Below are positions 23,886 through 36,811 of a stretch of 64,000 nt of DNA, in pieces. The DNA is from Eledone cirrhosa. Its lineage: Eukaryota. The stretch spans positions 190,712,001 to 190,776,000 of the forward strand of contig OZ024741.1 in NCBI GenBank assembly GCA_964016885.1, in the 5' to 3' direction. Below the pieces are notes generated by a model. It saw only the letters and a program-made list of their open reading frames with translations. It did no database searches and had not been told where the DNA came from. Numbering within the stretch: the first letter of the stretch is position 1; the number at the start of each line of letters is the position of its first letter. The translations under genes and the position numbers were made by a program.

Positions 23886-24051
23886 AATGCTGGCTCTAAA
23901 ATGAAAGATTCTTGGTTCTTGGAATGTGTCACCATTACAAATACTTCAACCCAAAAATCTTGGTATTTCTTTTGTAACCAATGGCTGTCTTTATTTCACA
24001 CTGATGGTCAAATACACAGGGAGCTGTTTCCACAGATTCTCACTAAAACTG
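23886..24051 (+). CDS. LOXHD1: Internal exon of a tandem PLAT/LH2-domain protein (LOXHD1-like): C-terminal half of one PLAT domain
   Basis: TTTTAACAG acceptor and G|GTAAAT donor (phase 1); NAGSKMKDSWFLECVTITNTSTQKSWYFFCNQWLSLFHTDGQIHRELFP matches the PLAT W.L..V...F.C..WL....DG...REL pattern. Orthology not established. Confidence 0.8.
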
Positions 24052-27000
24052 GTAAATATCCTATATTTTATTCAATTCTATTAATGTGGGGTCATTATAA
24101 TCAACTACATTTTTCTTCACCCTCTTCATTCCTTCATTGTGTGGCCTTGTACTTATGTTAGCACTCACTAATATATTTCAATTAAGAGTGAGTATCAAAG
24201 CTAGATTAAACATCAAGCAAAATAAGCACATGCTTAGGGCATCAAGGGAAAATGGAAACCATTTTATTTAAATTTAATGTATTCATTCATCCTCATCATC
24301 GTTTACCTCCCACGCTAGCATGGGTTTATTTCATATATATATATATATATATTTTGCAGACTTTATAAAGTGGGGTACAATAACCTTTAAAGTGTTGACA
24401 GCTGCAAAAAGACTTAACCAACCCCTGGTGGGTATGTGATAGGATCAGTAGGGAATCAGCAGATAAAATGTCTTGTGGTTTTAAGCTATGGCCTCTTATA
24501 TTCTGAGTTCAGATTCCACTCAAGTCAACATCATCTTTTAATCTTCGGTGGCCAACAAAATAGTGGGATATCACTTACTTTTCATACTTAGGCAGGGCTG
24601 GATTAAGACTTTTAGAAGCCTTAAGCACTGAATAAATTATGGTACTCCCACATACTGTATATGGAACAAACTCCAATAAACTGTACTAGAAAAATTCTCT
24701 ATAGAGCTATCTTTAATTATCTCTGAATCAAAATTCACAGCCTTCTCACTCCTATTGGAGGAACCCCTCCTTGGTTGACCTCCATTGCTTCTTATCTCTG
24801 ACCATACTATGCTACATGGGGCTGAGGTATTGGGTCAGTCTTTATACACATGCTTATTTTGATTGATTAATCCTTAATTTATGGCTTTACTTCAATGGTC
24901 AACCAATTGGGTCATTTAATGGATTGTCCCCTTTTGTCCTTCAGCCTTCAGTGGTTAATATGTGATATATTGGAAGTGGGCAGTCATTTAATCCCTTATA
25001 CACTTTTTCATGTAGACATGGTTTAAAAGGTCATCATCAAAGTTACTGCCTTCTTAGATTGGTACTACATCTTGCTCGTTTATTCTATTTTTATATCGTT
25101 TCTTCAACTGCATGTCCTTCCTATTGCCAACCACTTTACAGAGTGTACTGGGTAAATTTTATCATGGCACCAGCACTAGAGAGGTTGTCTTGTTCTCAGT
25201 AAGACTAAAGAGTCCTCTCTACACTAAATTTTCTCTGTTCATTCATTTAGTAGCATTAAAGTTGTTTTGTTCCTGGTAAAACTAAACAGTCCGCTCTTCC
25301 TTGTGTCGTATTTAATCATTCACTATTTGTAGTGTGGTTAGCAGAACAGTGGTATACTGTATATTTTGTAAAGGTAAATTTCAACACTGTATAGTAAATA
25401 TTGTTTTTAAATAGTCTAGGAAATTTTGATATAGTTAGAAATAATATTGAAGCTTATTTGTATATACCCTGGATATATATGCATGTAAATATATATATAA
25501 TTGCGGTGCTTTCATGATATAATACACCTCTGTAAGGTGGTAGTGTTGGGGCCATGAAAAATGCTCATGGTCCATGCAGTAAAGTGGTTGGAATTAAGAA
25601 GGGCATCCAGCTAGAGATCCAAGCAAAAATAGAGCATATAATCATGATTTGGGCTGGCCTCAGAATGTGACAATCTGACTAACCCATGCAAGCATAGATA
25701 ATAAACATTAAATGGTGATGATGATGATATATATACATCCAGGATAAACCTGAATTGAAATATATCTGATTTAAAATACTGAAAGATTTAACAAATGAAA
25801 TTGTAGAAAATAGTTCAAACCATAGATTGGTAAATTTATAAAATTGAGGGTGAAAACTGTTTGAAATTTTAGATTTTAACTTACATTTCTGAGCAACTGC
25901 CATCCTAAATTCCTATCAGCTGCCATACTAGTTTCTTATCAGAAAAAAGGAAATAGGGCTGATTTTTCTTTGTTTTGATGAATAAAATTGATTAAATAAT
26001 GAGATTAGATAAAAACTTAATTTACTCTTGAAAGTTCTTTTACTGATGTCGTTAAAGATGAATAAAATATGCAATATAATTTAACAAGGAATTTTTATTT
26101 TCTAACAAATCTCTGTTTTTTTTCTTACCTTAGGGAGTTGTTTAAACATAATTGACATAACTTTATTTATTAAAAGTTAATTAGAAATAATAAATATATT
26201 AGGTAAATAATTGGTTCACTGTTTATTTATTGTTATTAGTTCCAACCAAATAGGTGGTGATTTGGCAGAATTGTTAGAGCACAGGACAAAATGCTCTGCA
26301 GCATTTAGTTACAGTTCTTTATATTCTGAGTTCAATTCCTTCTAAGGTCAAATTTGCCTTTCATCTTTTCAGGGTTCATACAACTAGGGTCGATTTAATC
26401 TACCTCCACTTCCCCCAATACTGTTGGTATTCTGTTTAAATTAGAAACCATTATTAATTCCAACCAGTCCAACACTCCATACCCTTTCCATTCTTTAGTG
26501 ACTTTAGTTGTTACTGTTGTTGTTGTTAAGTAATGTTCTAAATATCAGTTTACTAATGAAAGAATTAGTTATTTTATTAAATTCTCCAAATATTTGATTA
26601 TTTTCAAAGCCAATTGAAACATAGAGGCATAAGAAATACAGTAATGAAAGGGTAAAAATTTAACAGCAGAAAATATTTAAAAATGGGTTGGTTTTCTTAA
26701 TTCAAATGTTTGTAGTATCCTTACTAATGGACATATTGTTGTGAAAATTCACAGTAAACTAAAGTAAAGACAAATTTTTAATGTAATGCAATTATAGTTT
26801 TGTCTTTACTTTTTAAGAACGTCTTGCTAATGCAGTTTCATGTAGTACAGGACGTTACAAGTTAAATGGAACCATTTACCCCTTATTTTTAAAAATACAT
26901 CCCAATCCCAATTATTCTAATTTTGGAGATATTTGATATGATTTAAGATTGTTGAAATTGAAACAATTAAATAGTGGAAGAGCCATTTTCACTATTTAAT

Positions 27001-27158
27001 CTCTTTAATACCAACCCACGTGAAACTGATCCTGGTTCTATGATGGAAGTCTGTTTGTTCTCATATTCTTTTATTCTTTTACTTATTTCAGTCATTAGAC
27101 TATGAACATAAACAAACAGTAAACCTAAACACAGACATAGATACATACACGCACATGT

Positions 27159-27242
<84 letters not shown>

Positions 27243-28129
27243 CATCATCATCATCAAATTTTAACATTTAGTTTTGCAGACTGGCATGGTTTGGATGAGA
27301 TGCCATAGATCAAATCAGCACGTAACTGTAATTACTGACCTCTGAAATGAGCTTGGGGCTACATCTCACTTACAAAGAGCTTTCACACAGTTTCTGTTCA
27401 CCAAATTCCATTACAAGGTATTGGTCAACCTGAAACTACAGTAGAAGACACTTACCCAAAGTGTCAGGCAATGGGACTGAACCCCAAATCATGTGGTTGT
27501 AAAGCAAACTCCTTAACCACACAACCATGGTTGCACCTATTTCATGTTTATATCTTCTAAACACCAATTTAATAACAATTTAGCCTTCCAAATTTTTCAT
27601 TGTCTTAAAAATTGATAGAAAATTATAAGCTGCTTATTTCATTACAAATATGGTAATGAAAGGGTTAACAACTCACAAAAACTGTTATATTCAGTGAAAT
27701 TGTGTCTGTAGCCATCCTACAAAGAATGTTATAGACATTTTGATACTACAAAAGAAATGAATGGAAAGGAATTATAACATTTTTGTATGTTTTTAACCCT
27801 TTTATTATCATATTTCTAATGAAAAGACATTGAGTGTGATTTTCAAATCATTTTGAAAATAATCAAGAATTTGGAGGGATTTAGGAATACGACTAACTTT
27901 CCTCTAATCAATTTCATGTTTGGAATATAGTTTAACAAAGGTTCTTTTATAAAATTATGATGGGAGATTTTAAAATAAATATAAACATTTTACAATAAAC
28001 AGTTTTGTATTGTAGATTGATGGCTGGTGTCAGTCAGTTTGGTATCAAAAGGAGTAAATACTTAAACTGACTTTACCACAATGTAATTGCTAATTATTCT
28101 AAATTTTTCTTTATTATATGTATCTGCAG

Positions 28130-28371
28130 AGTATGAAGTTATCATAGTAACAGGAATGTACAATGAAGCAGGGACAAGTGCCAATGTCTTTCTGACAATA
28201 TTTGGCAAGAAGGGGACTCACAGGAAGATCCAACTTAAAAGACATGAAAACAGTTTCTTGGAGGCTTCCAGCTGTACTTTCCACCTGAAAGCCAGCAATA
28301 TTGATCCATTGGGGAAAATACGTATTGAACATGATAATAGCGGAGATTCTCCTGACTGGTTTTTGGAAAGA
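28130..28371 (+). CDS. LOXHD1: Next exon of the PLAT/LH2-repeat protein: N-terminal part of the following PLAT domain
   Basis: CTGCAG acceptor, phase compatible with the previous exon (G+AG = Glu), AGA|GTAAGA donor; EYEVIIVTGMYNEAGTSANVFLTIFGKKG...LGKIRIEHDNSGDSPDWFLER. Confidence 0.85.
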
Positions 28372-29094
28372 GTAAGATATATCTATTACAGTCCTCCTTC
28401 TATATCTTTAGGAGCATACACCCCCCCCCCCCCAAAAAAAAAACCCTAACAAAAAAACAAAACGAAACAAAAACACCAACACTGTCACTGACACCACCAT
28501 CAACAGCACTGCTAAAATCACTTCTGATGCTACCAAGGACAACATCACAAGCAACACCACCATTAACATCCCCAACACTACCACCAAAACCACAAACAAC
28601 ATGCCCACCAACATTACCATATCACCAGCATCACCACCACCACCACCAAAACTATCAACAACACTAACATGAACACTATCCCCAACATCACTATCAATAT
28701 CCCCCCCAATGTATGTCTTATTTATCGGGTTTAATATTTCCTGCTATGAAACACACTAGAGTATAAAATACTTTTCTATCATATAAAATATGATAAAACT
28801 AATCATAAACTCTAGCGTTATCATTAAGAGTTTCAGTAGAACAGAAGTAAAGTTAGAGTTAAGGTAAAAGTTTCAAGGATAGTAATATAGTGTTACAACT
28901 AATAAACCTGATTAGCAGAATCAGTGGCAGTTCAGTTTTCACTTACTCTTAGGTCTTCAATAATCCTCCACCCCTGCTTATAAAATTTCCAGATTTTTCA
29001 CCCCCCACCCCACCCTTGCTTATTAAATTTTGCTAATCTATCTCTGGCGAAATTTTATTTTAAGTGATTCATATTGATACAACAGCTGGAGAAT

Positions 29095-29497
29095 CTAATA
29101 ATTGTTTCTACTTTTGGCACAAGACCAGCAATTACCCCAGTGTATTACTGGTACTTTATTTTATCGACCCCATAAGGATGAAAAGCAAAGTGTTAACCTC
29201 AGCGGGATTTGAACTCAGAATGGCAAGGGCCGTAACTCTATGCATCAAAGCATGGCGTCCGACCCTCTACCGATACTGCCAATCCACCTAATCTAATAAT
29301 TGTTTCTACTTTTGGCACAAGGCCAGCAATTATATCAGTGTATTACTGGTACTTTATTTTATCGACCCCATAAGGATGAAAAGCAAAGTGTTAACCTCGG
29401 CGGGATTTGAACACAGAATGGCAAGGGCCGTAACTCTATGCGCCAAAGCATGGCGTCCGACCCTCTACCGATACTGCCAATCCACCTAATCTAATAA
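29095..29497 (-). mobile_element. Two head-to-tail copies of SINE family 1 (~198-bp period)
   Basis: Near-identical units sharing a private variant (GCAAAGTGTTAACC) and the ATCTAATAAT junction. Confidence 0.85.
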
Positions 29498-30342
29498 TGA
29501 TTTTATTTTACATTAAAAATACATTATATATGACAAAAAAAGAATATTCCAAGAAATCCCATATATACAAACGTACACTATACAATTACTGATTACCCTC
29601 CTCCGCCCATTTATTCTCCCTCCCCCATTTATAAGAATTCAAGCGAATGTCCAACTTCTCTGCTTATTCCAACACTCCTATTATTTGGTACTCGAGAGTA
29701 ATTTATTGAAATTATAACTCTAAAATACTCAAGTTGTACTTTTGACCACCATGCTGAAGCTCCTATTTAGTAGTAGTTAGTAGCCCAGAAGTCAGTAGTC
29801 ACAACATGTCACATTTAATAACAGTTAGCAGTTGCCAGATACCAATCCCATTACTTAATACTCCTTTCTTTATTATAGTTAAGATGAATCAGCCCCAATC
29901 AACATTTAATAACAGCTAGTCTTATTTAAAAGGTGGGAAATATGTATTTATGTGCTTTCTCTATACCATGTGCGTTTTTTTTAGTCATCTGGTAGATTTT
30001 TAGAAATGAAGACCGTATTGATAGAGCATCTGCCAATGAGCAATATGTAACGTTCACTTGAAATAGTGAAACATACTCTATTTTGAGCATGTCCCGATGT
30101 TATAGATATAAATGGATGGTTAGTACACTTTAATATATTCTTTTAATTGATTTGTATTCACCATTCCTTCCACAGTTAATATGTTCGTCACTGGTGGTTT
30201 TAAATCGTCTAAATTGAATACATATATCTCTATGTGTACTTCTTTCTATATGCTGATTTATAAAGAGCCCGGAATCTGTTCCTTGAGCTCATTAAATTAT
30301 AGGGGATGATTGAGCGTCTTTAACTCGACTTTTTATTTAATT

Positions 30343-30392
<50 letters not shown>

Positions 30393-30396
<4 letters not shown>

Positions 30397-30712
30397 TGTT
30401 TCCTTGAGCAAGACACTTTATTTCACATTGCTCCAGTTTACTCAGCTGTAGAAATGAGATGATAGGGACTTGGGTCCCTATCATTCCACTACAAAGTGGT
30501 CGTGGAGGTGCCATGGCAGAAAAGCACCCAGCCCACACTGTAAAGTGGTCGTGGAGGTGCCACGGCAAAAAAGCACCCAGCACTCACTGTAAATGAGGTT
30601 GGTGTTAGGAAGGGCATCCAGCTGTAGAAATCAAGCCAGAATTAGTTCCCGTCCCACCCTTGCAAGCAGGGAAAAGCGGACGTAAAATGAAATGATGATG
30701 ATGAATGATGAT
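30393..30712 (+). mobile_element. SINE family 2 (CORE-like domain, RTE-like tail), head missing
   Basis: TCCTTGAGCAAGACACTT...CAGTTTACTCAGCTGTAGAAATG resembles the CORE domain; (ATG)n tail. Confidence 0.75.
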
Positions 30713-30889
30713 ATAGGAACGAGTAGGACCCCGACGGCTGAGCTCAAGCCGTTTCGACGGCTAATTCTGGACAGCTTGAGCTCAGCCGTCGGGGTCCTAC
30801 TCGTTCCTATTACCCACTCTACTACCCTAAGTATTGAGTACTTTGGTGCGTTATGGTCCATCTGGTTCCTTACCACATTTCCTTCGTTA
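30713..30889. mobile_element. Mini fold-back of the same PLE pLTR family as 112-3072
   Basis: Inverted repeat 30713-30750 / 30774-30810 containing only the 3' part of the HHR; tail is the reverse complement of 112-190. Confidence 0.8.
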
Positions 30890-30930
30890 TATATATGTAT
30901 ATATATATATATACACACACATACGGTTCT

Positions 30931-30963
<33 letters not shown>

Positions 30964-31270
30964 GTTTTCTTATATCAAAACTTTGGTGGGCTATGAAACA
31001 TTGCGGAAAAGTTTTTTAATATTTCCTTTAACACTATTCTCTGCTAATGCCTACTTCATATTTGGTGACAACTTCAAAATTGTTTCAAATCAAAATCTAA
31101 TTTTACTATCTTTTTGTAATTTATCATCAAAAATAACAAAATACAACACAAAAATATTACTTATTTTTAAAATAGTCTGTAATAGTGCCTATATAATAAC
31201 AATTATATAATAGTGTCTATATATTTGTGATTATATGTTACTATATAATACTGTATATATAATAGTAGTG

Positions 31271-31490
31271 AAGGCGTATGGCTGAGTGGTTAGAGAATTG
31301 GATTCGCAATCGTAAGGTTGTGAGTTCGATTCCTGGACCAGGTGATGCGTTATGTCCTTGAGCAAGACACTTTATTTCACGTTGCTCCTTCTACCTGGAG
31401 TTGCGACCGATAGATAGTATTAGCAATTGGAAAGACGAATGGAAACATTGTTCCCTCGGTCCGATTTGACGAAAGTCGATCGTTCCTCTA
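31271..31490 (+). mobile_element. tRNA-head CORE-like SINE subfamily (second copy 63010-63226)
   Basis: Box A TGGCTGAGTGG, box B GAGTTCGATTCC, then GTCCTTGAGCAAGACACTT. Confidence 0.8.
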
Positions 31491-31565
31491 TATATAATAG
31501 TCTATATAATGAGGTTTAGTTAATAGTGTTTATATAATAGTGGCTATATAATACTGCCTATATAA

Positions 31566-32118
31566 TAATTGTTTCTACTTTTGGCACAAGGCCAGCAATT
31601 ACCCAGTGCATTACTGGTACTTTATTTTATCGACCCCGTAAGGATGAAAGGCAAAGTTAACTTCAACAGAAGTAACTCTATGCGTCAAAGCATGGCGTCT
31701 GACTCTCTACCGATACTGCCAATCCGTATATAACAGTGATTAAGGTCCATATAATAGTGCCTATTGGATATATAATAATTATTTCTACTATAGGCACAAG
31801 GCCAGTGATTTGGAGGAGGGGAAAGTCGATTATATCGACCCCAGTGCATTATTAGTGCTTTATTTTATCAATAGCCGGTGCTTATCCCAGGTTCATGGCG
31901 TGAAGCGACTAAGAGTACAAGACACCTCCCTGGAGAGGATGCCAGTCCATTGCAGGGTTAAACTGTCAGCTATTGCTAGTACTCGTTTTCAGCTGAGTAT
32001 ACTGGAGCAATGTGAAATGAAGTGTTTTGCTCAAAATCCCAACACGCAACCCAGGAATCGAACCCATGACATTATGATTGTAAGTCCAACACCCTTACCA
32101 CTAGGCCATGTGCCTCCA
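31566..32118 (-). mobile_element. SINE cluster (family 1 at ~31566-31725 and ~31775-31870; family-2-like at ~31876-32118)
   Basis: Matches to the family cores and tRNA-like heads. Confidence 0.7.
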
Positions 32119-32127
32119 CCAGAGTCA

Positions 32128-32274
32128 TCTATATCTATATATAATATAAAAGAGAGATGTTTCTTGGTTGGTTGGCTGGTTGGTTTAATCACATGAAAAT
32201 TACACACACACACACATACATAGACATACACACATCTAAAGAGAGAGAAACACAAAGGGAGAGGCAAAGAGAGA

Positions 32275-32360
<86 letters not shown>

Positions 32361-33884
32361 CTGTTATACAGAGAGAGGTACAATTAAAGTGTTAGATATT
32401 CAAATAGAGAGAGAGAGAGAATTGCAATGAATGCTAGTTGTTGGTTTACACAAACAAACACACACACACTCATATATAAAGACAGACAGAGACAAAGAGG
32501 GAGATCTGTGCGTTCTTGATTGTTTCGCGGCCAGCGTCTCTAATTGCCTCAGTGAAGGTTTGTGTGTGTGTGGCGTCCTACAATAAATAAAAGTATCAGT
32601 AGGTTTATTGTTTTACAGCAGTCCTTGAAAGTTAGGTGATACTAACTATAACACAAACCTATTTTACAGAACACAGAAAAAATTGATACTATTTGAAATT
32701 AATCTATGGTATATATTAATTTAGCTTTTTGAGGTTCTTGTCATATTATAATTGACCTAATTCAGATGACAGAGTGTCAACCTATTCTCTAAGGCTGCAA
32801 TTTGCATTTATTTCTATTTTTTATATTGCTTTGTATTGTTTTTTTTTCACAATATTTTCCAAGAAAATTAATTTCATCATGTCACAAAAACACCGCACAT
32901 CTATCGGTGTAGTTACAATGTCCGCCAAATGGTTGAAATCTTCAAGCAAAAGAGAATCTCAGAGACGGGAAACTGAAAGATTAAGACAACAAGAAAGACG
33001 ATCACAACTTTCTGAAAGTCAACACAACTTGAGACGGGAAACAGAAAGATTAAGACAAGAAAGACGATCACAACTTTCTGAAAGTGTACAGAACCTGAGA
33101 TGGGAAACAGAAAGATTCAGGCAAGAAGAAAGACAATCGCAACAAACAGAGGCTGAATATGAAAACCACCGAGAGGCAATGAGAGTTTCAATGCAAACAC
33201 TGGGCACAAATTACTCTTCAAGGTAAAATAAACTGGCTAAGAGTTGCGTTTTCATATCATCCATAGAGAAATTATAGAAATGTTCCTAAAGTCACAATTG
33301 GTAGCAAGGATATTATATGAAGTTGTTGTGGAGTGAGAAACGGGAAAGGAGAAACATCCTTTTGAGAAACCTGGACCCACCATATCTATGCAATGGCATG
33401 TGCTTAACAGTGAGGCGGATGATGAAACATCTCCTAGAGGTCACTATTCTTGGAAGCAAACATCAAGGTGAAAATACATTTATTCCCAAGAGTCCTCTTA
33501 TTCCTTCCTCTACCGAGCTACCATTCAAAATTCTCAAGACTTCAGTTACCTGTTAGAGCCAGTTTTGCTATGACCATAAATAAAGCTCAGAGTTAGAGTC
33601 GTAAAGTTGTAGGATTGAATCTTAGAGAATCAGTTTTTACCCATGGACAGTTATATGTTGGTTGTTCACAAGTGGAAACATCTAGAAATCTTTACATACT
33701 ATGCATGAATGGTAAAACAAAGAATCTGGAGCATCTGGAAGATTTTTTACTTTTTTTGTCACACACACACCACAGTCTCTCCTCATACTGTAAACCAGAC
33801 AACGCATCCAATACAGTCATTTTCTCTTCTACCTGTCTTCTCTTATCAACTGTTCACCCGGGCAAAGCTAGGTAACTCATCTAG
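32128..33884 (+). mobile_element. Internally deleted Helitron
   Basis: A|TC start, CTAG|T end with an imperfect GC hairpin upstream. Charged repeat N-terminus (RRETERLRQ, 32879-33226) and Pif1 helicase C-terminus LLRNLDPPYLCNG...FAMTINKAQ...VFTHGQLYVGCS (~33355-33720) with stops. Confidence 0.8.
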
Positions 33885-33894
33885 TATGATGTAA

Positions 33895-34790
33895 GAACTA
33901 GCCATATAACAGTAGCAGTTATATAACAATAGCTGTTATATAACAATCAGACTCAGACTCAGAAGCTCCCGCGTCTTGCGACGCATGAGGCAATCATAGT
34001 GTTCCACTGCGTTCGGTCAGAAGCCAGTTGCACAGCGTCCCGCCATTGTCTGTTTGTCGCTCGCAGGTCCCTCTCAACTGTCTGGCGCCAGTTCATTTTG
34101 GGTCGCCCTCTCCGTCTGCTTCCCTGTGGGTTCCATTTAAGTACTTGGTTTGCCAGTCTCTCCGGGGGAAGTCTTAAAGTGTGCCCAAACCAGTTCAGGC
34201 GTCGCTTGCAGATGGCAGAAGAGACTAGCTGCTGGTTGGTGCGGTTCCTGACAATAGCAGTTATATAACAATAGCAGTTATATAATAGCAACAGTTATAT
34301 AACATAGCAGTCATATAACAGTTGCAGTCATATAAGAATAGCAGCTATATAACAGTAGCAGTTGTATAACAGTATCAGCTATACAACAGTAGCAGTTATA
34401 TAACAGTGAGTCACTCCAGGTAGAGCCACTACTTTTCCGAATTGAGAGATCACACTTCTGATACTATGGACATGTGGCTAGAATGTCTCAGGAAAGAATC
34501 GCTGGACAGATTTTACAGGCAAAACCAACTGACAAGAGACCCAGGGGTAGATCCCAAGCAAGATGGTTGGATAACATCCATGAGCTTCACTGGTCACACT
34601 TTGGGATCCAGCCGGGTCAGCTGGAGATGGTTGTTCCTGACAGGACCCGCTGGAGGGAGTGTTTGAGGACTCTACCCTCATGACCCTCTCAGGAATAAGT
34701 GGGTGAAGAAGAAGAAGAAGAAGAAGAAGCTATATAACAGTAGTAGTTATATAACAGAACTAGCTATATAACGATAGCAGCGATATAACA
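33895..34790. repeat. ~18-bp minisatellite (AGCAGTTATATAACAGT-like) interrupted by two RTE-like LINE 3' fragments (~33959-34250 on -, ~34410-34730 on +)
   Basis: Visible unit repeats; RRLNWFGHTLRL...GSRRRGRPKMNW and ARMSQERIAGQIL...RPRGRSQARW. Confidence 0.7.
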
Positions 34791-34807
34791 GTCATAGAAA
34801 AACCAAG

Positions 34808-36095
34808 AAAATGATGACACTACAAAGGGCTCTACACACCAAAAATGACATGGACAGGTTGTATCTACCATGAGAGAGAGGACAAAGAGGTCTCATTAGC
34901 TGTGAAATGTATGTGAAGTCGGAAGAAAATAATCTGTCATGGTATGTAAAGAATTCAAAGGAGAGATTGATGGCAGGAGTAAGAAAGATAAAGGTCCTAA
35001 ACAGTGATGAAACAAAGGAAAAGGGAGAATTTAAACAAGACAGACAGAATTACACATTGAATTGATGGAAGAAAAAAAAAATCTATGGTCAATTCATACG
35101 TGAAGTGCCCGAGACAGTTGACAAAGATAGGAACTGGGAATAAACTAGGAAAAGTGACTTAAAAGTTAGACTGAGGCACTTATTTTTGTAGCCCAGGAAC
35201 AGGCACTGAGAATGATTTATATCAAGTTCAATATTGATAAGTCAGTGAATTCCCCACCTTGTAGGCTGTGTGGTGAGAAAGGTGAGACAATAAACACCAT
35301 TATTAGTGAGGTTAACTTTGCCTTTCATCCTTACGGGGTCGATAAAATAAAGTACCAGTAATGTATTGGGTATTTGCTGGCCTTGTGCCTAAAGTAGAAA
35401 CAATTATTAGTGAATGTAAGATGGTTGCTCAGAAAGAGTACAAGAGAAGGCAAGATAACATTGTCAAATTGGTTCATTGGAAGCTCTGTCATAAGTATGA
35501 CATGAGCAGAAGTGACAAATGGTATGAACACCAACTGGAAAGGGTGGCTGAAAGTGAACAGTATAAGATCTTGTGGGACATGACCATCCAGCATGACCAT
35601 TTTATCGTGGCTAGAAAGCCTGACATTGTTGTCGCAGAAAAGAATAACAAGGCATGTATTGTGAATATTGCTTCACTGTGAGACCACAGGGTGAATGAGA
35701 AGGGAAGTGAGAAAGTTGAGAAATACCAGGAGTTGAAGAGAGAAATCAGGAAACTATGGAGAATCCGACACATTGAAGTGGTACCGATTGTGGTTGATGC
35801 ACTTGGAGTAGTTAGTAGAAGGTTGGATGCATGGGTTGTGAAGTTAGGAATTTCCATCAGAACAGGAGATTGTTGCAGAAAACAGCTTTGCCGGGGGGTT
35901 GGAAAGTTGAAGGAGAAAGAATGACCCAAAGGACCTTTGACCATTGGCTATGGCTCACTTTTTTTGGTATAGTGTCGGTATAACATCTGCCAGAACAAAA
36001 CCGTTACAAATAATAATAATAATAATAATAATAACAATAATAATAACAATAATAATAACAATGACGATAACGATGATGATAACAACAACAATAAT
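34808..36095 (+). mobile_element. R4/Dong-like (restriction-like endonuclease) LINE 3' part with a SINE inserted at ~35308-35408
   Basis: CRLCGEKGETI..IISEC zinc knuckle split by the SINE; KPDIVV...EKVEKYQEL; (AAT)n tail. Confidence 0.8.
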
Positions 36096-36642
36096 AGAAA
36101 TGGCTGCAATGTAAGTAAACACCACACTTAAAAATGTTAAGTGCTCGTTTAGTCAGCAAACAAAATATATTTAAGTTTATTTCTACACTCTTAATGATTA
36201 TGATGAATCATTGTCTGTACTAATAAACACAGACATACTGTATATACACGCACATGTACACACACACATATATATATATATATATACAGACATACAAACA
36301 TACACACACATATACATATAGATATAAATATTCATATATATGTATGTGTTTTATGTGCGCACACACACATATATATACCCACACATATATGCACATATAC
36401 ATACATACATACATACATACATACATACAAGCACACATGCACAAAAACAAATGTTCACATAAACAAACACATACACATATAATGGCTTTACAACATACTG
36501 GGTGTAGCTCCTGTTATTTTTGGTAAATTGATCTGTTAAAGAAGTAAAAACCTTTATTTTTTTTAAATGTGCTTTTTTAAACATCCTCCTCCACCTCCTC
36601 CTTTATCTCTCACCCATTTCCTCCTCCACCTTATCCCCATCC

Positions 36643-36755
36643 CCACCATCATCATCATCATCATCATCACCATCATCACCACCACCACCACCACCATCAT
36701 CATCACCACCACCACCACCACCACCACCACCACCACCACCACCACCACCACCACC

Positions 36756-36810
<55 letters not shown>
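36643..36810. repeat. Compound (CAT)n/(CAC)n microsatellite
   Basis: Direct inspection. Confidence 0.95.

Positions 36811-36811
<1 letters not shown>

Noticed and set aside
31271-31345. tRNA gene
   Set aside because: A and B boxes are present but continue into a CORE-like SINE body; no convincing cloverleaf acceptor stem.
32774-33226. 150-aa charged coiled-coil ORF as a host gene
   Set aside because: Lies within Helitron termini upstream of Pif1 remnants; best read as the Rep/Hel N-terminus.
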